Of a stretch of 64,000 nt of DNA, positions 37,787-46,917 are shown piece by piece. The translations under genes were made by a program, and so were the position numbers. The notes beneath the pieces were generated by a model. The model saw nothing but the letters and a program-made list of their open reading frames with translations. It had not been told where the DNA came from and searched no databases. This DNA comes from a virus. The stretch covers positions 14,501 through 78,500 of IMG/VR virus record IMGVR_UViG_3300030107_000800. One strand, 5' to 3'. Position 1 is the first letter of the stretch, and the number at the start of each line of letters is the position of its first letter.

Positions 37787-37982
37787 AACCAAATCCATTT
37801 TTCTCTTCTCTTCGTGCGTTAATAAGTTTATCCTCACAATCACGAAGTTCTTTCTTCATCTGATGGATTTCTTCCTCAGTATATAGAAATGGACTTCGTT
37901 CACTTGCTTGAAGACATTTCTTAAGTATTACTGTTTGACTCTTATATCCTACAATAGGATCATATGGTTGGTTATTCATCAT
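37731..37982 (-). CDS. Hypothetical protein
   Basis: ORF track; LYTEEEIHQMKKEL motif. Confidence 0.7.
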   Translation of the reverse strand: MMNNQPYDPIVGYKSQTVILKKCLQASERSPFLYTEEEIHQMKKELRDCEDKLINARREEKNGFGWTQKEVSQGNPIELQEHL

Positions 37983-38154
37983 CTACCATCTCAAATTCAT
38001 CTATATTTTGTGCAGGAAGCAAATGTCCTCCTATCTCATATATATGTTCTCCATTGACACAACCTTTGTACTCAAGGCCATTAAGAGAGCCATGCTCACG
38101 CACGGCTGCTTGGATCTTATAGTGCATCAGTTGTCCTTTATCAGGTACTTTCAT
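37972..38154 (-). CDS. Hypothetical protein
   Basis: ORF track. Confidence 0.7.
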   Translation of the reverse strand: MKVPDKGQLMHYKIQAAVREHGSLNGLEYKGCVNGEHIYEIGGHLLPAQNIDEFEMVDDE

Positions 38155-38175
38155 AACAAAATGCGATTTGATATA

Positions 38176-38204
38176 ATGCTAAAGCATTATGCTAGATTTG
38201 TCAA
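38176..38204 (-). promoter_or_regulatory. sigma70-type promoter TTGACA-N17-TAGCAT
   Basis: At the late/early boundary; overlaps the palindrome ataatgct-aa-agcattat. Confidence 0.55.
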
Positions 38205-38548
38205 GTAGGTTTGTTTTCCCATACAATATCACCCCATGTATCAACCACGAATGCTTTCATATAGTGGTCAGCATCAGGACAGTCTGCTAACTTAGGGAAC
38301 CATGATGCTCCCATTAATGTGGCCTGATCCTCATCTTGATACTCAACAGTATTAAAGATACCTTGCTTCATTATATCAACAATATATTCATCTACGAAAC
38401 CTTCGTAATATGCTGTAACAGTTGCTTTCTTATCTGCAGCCAGATTATTATAGGTACTCAGGTCAAAATATAATACTGACACTTGATGTCTCTGAGCCCA
38501 ATAAGCAATGAGATCAAAGTGTGATAGTTCTTTTCCATTGATAATCAT
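38201..38548 (-). CDS. Hypothetical protein in the tail-fibre operon
   Basis: ORF track. Confidence 0.8.
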   Translation of the reverse strand: MIINGKELSHFDLIAYWAQRHQVSVLYFDLSTYNNLAADKKATVTAYYEGFVDEYIVDIMKQGIFNTVEYQDEDQATLMGASWFPKLADCPDADHYMKAFVVDTWGDIVWENKPT

Positions 38549-38549
38549 C

Positions 38550-39461
38550 TTAAGAACCTCCTAGTGCATCTAGCTCCGCTTGTGCTTCGATAATTATTTT
38601 ATCTAACCAATCTTTCTTCGCTGAATTTTCAGAGTTTGCAAACTCATATGCAGTAGGAGTTTCATCAGCAGCAAGTTGAGCAGCTCTTACATTCTCATAC
38701 TCTAGTAATAATTGTGGGAAGTATGCTGTTTCAGTCAATGATTTCTGTAGTAGATAATATGAGATCTTCTCTCTAAATGCCTTAAGATAATGCTTACCTA
38801 ATGGTAAGAACTGTTCAGGTGTAGTTAAGTAATCAATATCAGGGAAATCCTTAGACCATACTTCTGTATAGAAATCAGGTGAGATTGGAAACTTAGTATT
38901 CTCTACTTCAGTAGCAAATTCTGCTGTTCCTGTTAATTCTCTTAGTTTCTGTCTGTATAATGTATATTTTGCTTTAGTGTCTGCATCTAATGGTGAGTCT
39001 GTGACCATGACCCAATCAGTCTCACTTAACAAGAAATTTCTAGCAAGTCTTACGGAAAATGGAGTAACTATCCTTTGTTTAGCATATAATCTACCTAGTT
39101 CTTTCTGGTAGTCTTCATTCTCAAGAGAGTCTATTAAATAAAATGCTTCAATCAGTTTATCTTTTAGTTGAGTGGCTTCAGGTATGTCAGCCTGCTCCAT
39201 CTCATAGTCTTTCCATTCAAAGGCATCAGTCTTAAAATTCTTTAAGAACTTCCTACGCTTCGCATGATATGTTCCATTAGTATACCAATGAAATGATATG
39301 AGTTTATCTTTATCACTATCCCATAGAGGATATAAAAATGTAGACAAAGTATCCTTCCAGTAACTCTCTGGAATTACTTTGGGTGTTCCATTGTATGATA
39401 TCTCCTGTGCTATTGTATCTAATTCAATTTGTAGTACAGGTGGATCAGCATTGATAGCCAT
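38550..39461 (-). CDS. Tail-fibre assembly chaperone-like protein
   Basis: RNFLLSETDW..DSP...YRQKLREL motif; follows the fibre genes. Confidence 0.7.
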   Translation of the reverse strand: MAINADPPVLQIELDTIAQEISYNGTPKVIPESYWKDTLSTFLYPLWDSDKDKLISFHWYTNGTYHAKRRKFLKNFKTDAFEWKDYEMEQADIPEATQLKDKLIEAFYLIDSLENEDYQKELGRLYAKQRIVTPFSVRLARNFLLSETDWVMVTDSPLDADTKAKYTLYRQKLRELTGTAEFATEVENTKFPISPDFYTEVWSKDFPDIDYLTTPEQFLPLGKHYLKAFREKISYYLLQKSLTETAYFPQLLLEYENVRAAQLAADETPTAYEFANSENSAKKDWLDKIIIEAQAELDALGGS

Positions 39462-39485
39462 CTTGTTAACTATAGTCTCCGTATG

Positions 39486-39493
39486 TATTTAGT
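39486..39493 (-). promoter_or_regulatory. Late promoter variant (ACTAAATA)
   Basis: About 25 nt upstream of 39461. Confidence 0.55.
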
Positions 39494-42400
39494 ATGCCTT
39501 GATCAAGTATTTGCATGTTCTATAAGGATGTAGTAATGGTACATGAATATCAGGATCAATGGTTGCCTGTGGTTCTATCTTAGTTGTTGACTTTAAAGTC
39601 AACTTTGCATCAGATGCACCAAGACCAGAACTGTATGTTATACCTGGCCCAGTTTCACCTTCAACAGTATAAGTTAGACTATCAACCAATGGTTTTGATA
39701 TAGCACCAGGACTCTGTTGGAATACAAGACCAGATACCTGAGAGTACCACCAAATAAATTCAATAATACCATAATGATCACTATCATCAGCATTATCATT
39801 AGCACCAGATGGTGTTGCTCTTGGTTGCTCAAGTCTGAATCTAGTATCAGTTGCTCTTGCTGCTTCAGGTACTGCCACTGAATATGTATACCAATTAGTT
39901 GTACCATTACCATCCCAAGTATTCTCAATAAGAGGAACATTACCAATGATAGGATCATTCCTTACTGATATTGGTGAGATAATAGTATCAATTAAATTCC
40001 AGTTGGTTGATCCTGAAAGTTGATAGTACACACGTAGTGATTCTTCAGGTGTGTTTCCACCATTAACTCCATTACCTCTACAAGCCTTAATTGAGAAGTA
40101 ATTGCAATTAGTGGTATCAACTGGCCTTAAATTAATCCAACGTGTTCCTCCATTACCACTCAGTCCACCAAATTTAACATACTGTGTGTATGACTGTGAT
40201 GATGCAGGTGTTAATGTTAAACCACTTACTTGTCCAGCAGCCTCATCAACAGTAGCTGTTGCTGTAGTACCACCAGATACTCCATTCATTATATAAACGT
40301 ATGGTTGAGATTGATAACCAGCACCATTACTATCAAGAGAAATAGCATTGACTGTTCCTGCACCAGATAATGTTACTGATCCTGCTGCATTAGTAGTTGC
40401 TCCACCTCCTGCAAATATAACGTCAGGTACTTGAGAAGCTGTTGGTAAAGCAAATGATCCTGCACTTCCAGTACCAGTACCATTACCAAAGATGTCAACA
40501 TCCCACACATTTGCATCTTGTGATGCAGATTCAATTATATCACCAGTAGTAGTTCCAGTTTGACCACCTTCATATCCAGTGATAGTTCCTAATCCTATCT
40601 TAGCATATCCATTACCAGCACTAGCACTAGATCCTGTGGTTTGTCCACCCATTGATACACCAGCACCACCAGTTCCAACTTCTACAGTAATATCAGCAGG
40701 ATCATTTAAGAAAGAAAAATCAATATTACCAACGAATGAACCTCCAGCAGCACCACCACCGCCACCAGCAGTCCAATAATCATTATTATATTCTACTTGT
40801 AATCTTACAGCTGCTTCTCCTCTTTGAATGAGGTCAGTAGATGCACGAGAATGAGTTTCAGCAAAACTAGCATTTTCCAAATAATCTGAACGATATGATG
40901 AAATACCTTGTCTACCACCAGCACCACCTTGGTGCTGACCATCACCACCAGGTCCACCACCGTCTCCAGCAGAACCACCACCATTTCCTGAACCACCAAA
41001 TGTGAGACCGTTGCGAGCGACACCGCCACCGCCTCCTCCACCGCCACCACCGACGCAGGTATAGTTACCACCAACACCACCTTGTCCAGCACCGAGAGCT
41101 TGAGTTGTTGCATCAACTCCTTGAGGTGGTCCAATACCAACAGTACCAGTACCTCCATCATCACCATCTGAACCAGCACCACCTCCACCACCAACACCAG
41201 CGATGATAAGTGATCCACGTTTTATCAATGTAGATGCTCCTCCACCTCCACCAGCATTGACTCCATGACCATTACCACCTTGTCCACCATTACCAGAGTT
41301 ATAATCATTACTTGCACCAGCAACGTTATTCTGAGCAACTTGCCAAGGACTTACACCAATTGCTTGTCCTGCTCTTCTTCCTATCTCTACACTCCATACC
41401 TGTGATTGAAATGTAGTTAATTCTCCACTAACTAAATCAACCTGTAAATATCCACCAGAAGATCCTTGATAGTTACCTCTATGTGATCTTCCTCCCTTAG
41501 CACCCCACATTGTAAATGTTGCACTAGTAGGATTAGCAATCAAATTAGTATCAGGGAATATTGTTGTTGGAGAAGTATTACTACCACCAGTACAATTTGC
41601 TCTTGATTCTGCTACTACATTATTAGTTCCTGCATCCTTAATTTCAAATGCAAGTCCACCAGGATTATCAGACCATGTATTTTGATTAATACTACCAGTA
41701 TTTCTGACTCTAAATGTTACTCTATTCAATCCTGCATCAACTGGTCCAATTGTAACATTTGTAGATGTAGTAGTACCTGCTGCTGGGCTGTTATTAGTCG
41801 TACCCAAGTCATTAATTGCACCTGTCCAATGCATAGTGGCTTCATTATCAGAAGCAAACTCTACATCATATGAGTTACCACCAGTAGCAGTTATTTCTAT
41901 TACACATTCTAGCCAATCACCATAATAAGGATCTGGATTACTTAATCCTGGAAATGTTTTATATATTGCATGATCCTTCATGAACTGAGACCATACACCT
42001 GCTGTTCCTGTTGATAACTGTGCTGTTCCTATTGCTACCCAATTTCTAGTATATAATCCAATAGTAAGATCTAATGTTTGATCATATGTACCAGTCTGTC
42101 CACCTACCAATACGTTAACACCATTAGATCCAGATGAATAAGGATCAACAGTAGCTAATGCTCCGTTACCTCCACCTTGAGGATCATTTGGATACTGTGA
42201 ATATAACCAACCTGGAGAAGTTGGAGCATTTGCTCCCGTTTGACCAGCAGCACCCGTAGCTCCACCAATAACATTAACTGATCCATTATTAACAGCTGAA
42301 CCACCTATTCCACCAGTTCCACCACCCATTCCAACATTTCCTTGGCCACCACCGCCACCACCTACTACTAAATCAACCTCTGCTCCATCACCAACCTTTA

Positions 42401-43856
42401 TCCTACTTCCAGTACCCTGATTACCTGCTGTTGTACCAGCAGCACCTGATCCACCACCAGCAAATACTTCATATATTAATTTGTCTGGAGCACCAGTTAT
42501 ATTTCCTAAATTTATACTATAATTTCCTGGTGTAGTATATGTCCATTCATTAGAATAATCATATATTGGAGTACCACCTGTATTAACAGTTCTTCCACCA
42601 ATAACAGATGATCCACTGAATTTTCTAAAGACTGGACTAGGTATAAAAGTTTGGAATACATATGTTCCTACACCACTAGTACCTGAAGCAAGATACTTTT
42701 GTTCTGATGCTGTTACAGTTGGGTCTTGAATTGTTCCAGGACCACCAGCACCACCAGCATAATCAAGTACATCATATGTACCAACAGTATTATCTGTATT
42801 TGGTTGTCTTAATAATCCATGACTATGTGTAAAGACCTGTCCAGTTGTAGGATACCATCTTGTTATTCTTCCTGTTCCTTCACGATAATCTTGTTGGTAT
42901 CTATCACCACTAGCCTCTTGAATCCATGAGTTAGTACCTGCTTGTGCATGATAAACTGTATGACTGTGTTGTTGAGCACCAGAGAGTTTAGTCTCTCTCA
43001 TACTTATCTCAACTGTCTGCTGTCCTATTATAGTACACTCTGTAGTTTCAACTACATTCTCATATCCAGAAGTAACTATCCTACCTAATGAAAAATAATT
43101 ATCTTGTAATGTCTTATCTAAGTACCATCCACCACCTGTAGTACCCACACCCATTGAAGAGTTTGCTATAGTTGGTGAGTTCTGACCCCATACAGGGCCA
43201 TTACCAACTACTTTCTTGGCAACCATATTAGGAACTTTAAATGTTCCCATTAATGTATCACCTAAAAAATCTAATACATTATTCTGAGTTATACCTTCTA
43301 ATGATCCATCATTAGGATTAATTCTTGCTTGAACTGTAGCTTGCGTTGATGCACCACCACCAGTAAGAACTACATTAGGTGCAGTAGTATATCCAGATCC
43401 TTGTTCAAATACTGTAAGAGATATTACTACACCATTTACAGCAGTTGCAGTAGCAGTAGCAGTAGTTCCTCCTGGAGTTGATGGAGCATCAATAGTTACA
43501 GTTGGATTACTTGTATATCCTACACCTCCTGTTAATATATCTAATCCATTACTAGCAGTTCCACCATAATCATTACCAATTATTTCAAATAATCCTGGAT
43601 AATCATTTATATTATATTCTGTGCCATCACAATATAAGTATCCCTCATGTGTATAAGCTGGATCATCACCAGCTTGATATGCATTACCAGTATTTTCACT
43701 TAATGCTGGAAATGCAGCTGCACCTGCTTTAATAAAACTATGATCATAAGAATTTGCACCAGCCTTAAGGTTAGGCACAATAGCACCTATAGGTGTTGTG
43801 TCTGTTAAGATATCTGTTAGATATCCTGTCCTTGCATTTCTATAAGTCTGGGTCAT
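39489..43856 (-). CDS. Tail fibre with collar domain, Gly-rich segments and lectin-like inserts
   Basis: PIGAI..GYLYCDG..DYPGLFEIIG..YG collar motif; poly-Gly runs; ends YLIKAY. Confidence 0.85.
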   Translation of the reverse strand: MTQTYRNARTGYLTDILTDTTPIGAIVPNLKAGANSYDHSFIKAGAAAFPALSENTGNAYQAGDDPAYTHEGYLYCDGTEYNINDYPGLFEIIGNDYGGTASNGLDILTGGVGYTSNPTVTIDAPSTPGGTTATATATAVNGVVISLTVFEQGSGYTTAPNVVLTGGGASTQATVQARINPNDGSLEGITQNNVLDFLGDTLMGTFKVPNMVAKKVVGNGPVWGQNSPTIANSSMGVGTTGGGWYLDKTLQDNYFSLGRIVTSGYENVVETTECTIIGQQTVEISMRETKLSGAQQHSHTVYHAQAGTNSWIQEASGDRYQQDYREGTGRITRWYPTTGQVFTHSHGLLRQPNTDNTVGTYDVLDYAGGAGGPGTIQDPTVTASEQKYLASGTSGVGTYVFQTFIPSPVFRKFSGSSVIGGRTVNTGGTPIYDYSNEWTYTTPGNYSINLGNITGAPDKLIYEVFAGGGSGAAGTTAGNQGTGSRIKVGDGAEVDLVVGGGGGGQGNVGMGGGTGGIGGSAVNNGSVNVIGGATGAAGQTGANAPTSPGWLYSQYPNDPQGGGNGALATVDPYSSGSNGVNVLVGGQTGTYDQTLDLTIGLYTRNWVAIGTAQLSTGTAGVWSQFMKDHAIYKTFPGLSNPDPYYGDWLECVIEITATGGNSYDVEFASDNEATMHWTGAINDLGTTNNSPAAGTTTSTNVTIGPVDAGLNRVTFRVRNTGSINQNTWSDNPGGLAFEIKDAGTNNVVAESRANCTGGSNTSPTTIFPDTNLIANPTSATFTMWGAKGGRSHRGNYQGSSGGYLQVDLVSGELTTFQSQVWSVEIGRRAGQAIGVSPWQVAQNNVAGASNDYNSGNGGQGGNGHGVNAGGGGGASTLIKRGSLIIAGVGGGGGAGSDGDDGGTGTVGIGPPQGVDATTQALGAGQGGVGGNYTCVGGGGGGGGGGVARNGLTFGGSGNGGGSAGDGGGPGGDGQHQGGAGGRQGISSYRSDYLENASFAETHSRASTDLIQRGEAAVRLQVEYNNDYWTAGGGGGAAGGSFVGNIDFSFLNDPADITVEVGTGGAGVSMGGQTTGSSASAGNGYAKIGLGTITGYEGGQTGTTTGDIIESASQDANVWDVDIFGNGTGTGSAGSFALPTASQVPDVIFAGGGATTNAAGSVTLSGAGTVNAISLDSNGAGYQSQPYVYIMNGVSGGTTATATVDEAAGQVSGLTLTPASSQSYTQYVKFGGLSGNGGTRWINLRPVDTTNCNYFSIKACRGNGVNGGNTPEESLRVYYQLSGSTNWNLIDTIISPISVRNDPIIGNVPLIENTWDGNGTTNWYTYSVAVPEAARATDTRFRLEQPRATPSGANDNADDSDHYGIIEFIWWYSQVSGLVFQQSPGAISKPLVDSLTYTVEGETGPGITYSSGLGASDAKLTLKSTTKIEPQATIDPDIHVPLLHPYRTCKYLIKAY

Positions 43857-43858
43857 CT

Positions 43859-45259
43859 TTATATCTTAATTAAGTATTCCATTACAATAAAAGGAGCAGC
43901 AGCAGAATCAATTGATACTGAAGAATCAACTCCTATAGACATAGTTGTAGATAAATTCTCTGGTGGAATTGATATAGCAGCAGTCTTTACTTTATATGTA
44001 TGATCTCCTTTAACAATATCAACACGATGGTTATGTGATGTAGGATCAATTCCACCTTCTCTAGGTAAATCAAGAGTATCCGTCATCTCATTATCACAAT
44101 CTGGAGTACATTGATTACTATTAACATCTAAGTTAGATTGTAATGGTAATACATCATACAAACTATTTCCTGCCCAATCATCAGGAACTCCTTGAGCACC
44201 CTGAACATATGTTACTGGAACAGTCAATGATGAAGTTGCTAAGTTACCACAACCACCAGGCGTTCCAACAAGACAAACATATGTTAAAATTAACCAAATT
44301 CTACTAGCATTACAATATCTTGCTAGATTCTGTCCATCAGCAGAACCAGCGAGATCAAATCTATTCATACTATAACTGGAGTTACTAAGACAGTTATATG
44401 TGTATTGAGATCCAGCACCAAATATACAATGTCCGTAATAAACAGTCTGTTGTAATCCTAATGCTTGAATAGATGTAGGTCCACCATTATCACCTGGACT
44501 CCATTTATCTATTGCTTTACATGGTTCTTGAGCACTACCTGGTGGTTGTGCAGGATCATTATTATATCTTGTTGCATCCAACCAATCTTGAATAGGAACA
44601 GTAGATGCATTTCTTCTACCAGTTCTACCAGCACCTATAGGATTTTGTGAATTTGTTTCGTTGGTCTGTAAGTTTCTTGATCTATTCCATGTACCAAAGT
44701 GAGCATGAGGATGTACAGCATTTTCTTCTACACCTTCACTATCAGTTCTATGTGTTTCACCAGCATAATTCCATGATGGCTTACCACGAACTTCTATCTC
44801 TTGGCTGGGAACACTAATTGAACCAGAATATTGTATGGTAACATTTTCACCAATAGCAGATGCAATTTCTACACCAATACCACCTCTACTTATCTCAGTA
44901 CCTAGAGCATTGGTAGTTCTTATATTATCATATACACCAGCATTAGCACCAGAAGTAGGCTCTGGATACTTAGATCCAAAGTCAGGAACCATGAACTGAT
45001 CATCTGTTATAAAATCAAATGCAGTATTATCAAGATTTCTTCTAAGAAACTTAGTCTGTTCACCTGTTCCTAATATAGCAGCAAGTTGTGGATAATCCTC
45101 TGCATAATATATTGTACCATCACACCTTAAATATCCAGCTGGTAAATTTCTAACGTTGTTAGTCTCTTCAGGTGGTCCCTCATACTCAACTGGCCAAATA
45201 ATTATTTGACCTGTAAGATTACCATACTTTGATTTTTCTTTTCCGTATAGTACTGTCAT
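43859..45259 (-). CDS. Tail-collar-domain (short fibre-like) protein
   Basis: PAGYLRCDG..DYPQLAAILG, HxH motifs, ends YLIKI. Confidence 0.85.
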   Translation of the reverse strand: MTVLYGKEKSKYGNLTGQIIIWPVEYEGPPEETNNVRNLPAGYLRCDGTIYYAEDYPQLAAILGTGEQTKFLRRNLDNTAFDFITDDQFMVPDFGSKYPEPTSGANAGVYDNIRTTNALGTEISRGGIGVEIASAIGENVTIQYSGSISVPSQEIEVRGKPSWNYAGETHRTDSEGVEENAVHPHAHFGTWNRSRNLQTNETNSQNPIGAGRTGRRNASTVPIQDWLDATRYNNDPAQPPGSAQEPCKAIDKWSPGDNGGPTSIQALGLQQTVYYGHCIFGAGSQYTYNCLSNSSYSMNRFDLAGSADGQNLARYCNASRIWLILTYVCLVGTPGGCGNLATSSLTVPVTYVQGAQGVPDDWAGNSLYDVLPLQSNLDVNSNQCTPDCDNEMTDTLDLPREGGIDPTSHNHRVDIVKGDHTYKVKTAAISIPPENLSTTMSIGVDSSVSIDSAAAPFIVMEYLIKI

Positions 45260-46914
45260 TAGTATGCCTTAATGAGAAATGTACAAGTTGCTGATGGTTG
45301 AGTTACGTCCGCAGAAATATTTAGAGCATTTTCAAGACTATCTGCCTGTAATGCTGATCCATCAGCATCACTAGCAGTGTGTGATGGTGGCCCTGACATA
45401 GATCCCATTCCTTGAGAAATTTCAAAACTACCATGATTATGCGATTTAAAGGCTTGGTTTAATGGATCTTTGTTAGTAGCACTTAAGTTCATACTTGTTG
45501 GCCAAGTACCATTCTTGAATACTAAATTTCTTGTTCCACTAGCAAGAGTCTGTTGATTTAATGTAATTTCATAGACACCACCACCAATATCTTCAATGGT
45601 TTGTACCCATGTTCCTTCCCTTAAGTATGTATATTTCTGATCATTATCAGCATCAACAATATACATTAACGGAGTAATCATATCATATTGATACCACCAA
45701 TCTACATTTTGTGTCCCAGTAGGATCACCATATACTCTTCTTATATCTGTACCTGCTGGTAACTGGAATTTGTTAGTACTAGCAGTAATAGTAACACTAT
45801 TAACTGTGAATACTGGTGAGGTTTCTGGATCGTCCACCAATCCATCAGCTCTTACAGGTGCTCCTGTATCATATCCAAAGAAGTTAGGTCTATTCCTAGT
45901 CTCCATTGGTCTTGGGAACATACCTGTATGACATGGTGTTGCATGTGAATCTTCTGGAGTTATATCAACCATATCAGCAGTATCATACCTACCAAATACA
46001 GTCTGTGTATAAGTCTCTGTTGCTTGACCTGATCCTCTATTTGTTCCTCTCCAGTTGGATGCACCAGCTGGGACATTATTCCAATAGTTCTTTCCTGTGC
46101 TATCCTGAACATATTCCCTAAATGAATCCATCATAGGTAATGTATGTTCTTTGTTAGCATCACCATAAAATGTTAAATTTGTAGCACCATTGCTCCATGT
46201 TGTAGGTTGTGCTTCTTCAAGAGCACAAGTATTTGGACCTCTACTTACGTTACAATGAATAGTAGCACTACCAGTCATGGTAATACCTAAGTCAGTTCTA
46301 AAATTCATAACACCAACATCAGTTGGGTTTACAGATGGAATAGTATCAGAGTGACCGTGTGCTGGTGTATGGTTAATACCCAACTTACGATTCAATGTAT
46401 GAACAGTTTCTAAGAAATCTGGTGCTTGTAGAGTAATATCACTAAATTTAAAATATAAATTACCTGCTATGTTAAGACTAAAATCTATATCAGATGTGGC
46501 CTCATATGTGGTAGAGATAATAGTAGTCTCACCATAATCACTAACTAAACTACCAACAACAGTTGCAGCATCATCCTGACCCATTTGATATGCTGGTTGA
46601 TCAAGATGAAATCTCTCTAAGTCCATCAATACACTTGCTGATAACTGAGGTAATCTAAATGTTGCTGCTGTAGCAATATAAGGGAACTGATAATGATTAC
46701 CACCACCATCAGTCATGTCACCTCCATAAGTATCACCAATAACAGATGCTAATAATGGATAATCAGATGCAGGTAGTGTAGATCCATCACAAACAATCCA
46801 ACCTTTAGGTATATTGGATGCGAGGAAACCAGTTCCTCCATCACCACCCCAAGGTAGGATAGTTCCTATCTTGGCGGTTCTCATACTTTTTAGTGAATCG
46901 TAATGTACTGTCAT
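45259..46914 (-). CDS. Tail-collar-domain (short fibre-like) protein
   Basis: IGTILPW..PKGWIVCDG..DYPLLASVIGDTYG, HxH motifs, ends FLIKAY. Confidence 0.85.
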   Translation of the reverse strand: MTVHYDSLKSMRTAKIGTILPWGGDGGTGFLASNIPKGWIVCDGSTLPASDYPLLASVIGDTYGGDMTDGGGNHYQFPYIATAATFRLPQLSASVLMDLERFHLDQPAYQMGQDDAATVVGSLVSDYGETTIISTTYEATSDIDFSLNIAGNLYFKFSDITLQAPDFLETVHTLNRKLGINHTPAHGHSDTIPSVNPTDVGVMNFRTDLGITMTGSATIHCNVSRGPNTCALEEAQPTTWSNGATNLTFYGDANKEHTLPMMDSFREYVQDSTGKNYWNNVPAGASNWRGTNRGSGQATETYTQTVFGRYDTADMVDITPEDSHATPCHTGMFPRPMETRNRPNFFGYDTGAPVRADGLVDDPETSPVFTVNSVTITASTNKFQLPAGTDIRRVYGDPTGTQNVDWWYQYDMITPLMYIVDADNDQKYTYLREGTWVQTIEDIGGGVYEITLNQQTLASGTRNLVFKNGTWPTSMNLSATNKDPLNQAFKSHNHGSFEISQGMGSMSGPPSHTASDADGSALQADSLENALNISADVTQPSATCTFLIKAY

Positions 46915-46917
46915 TGA

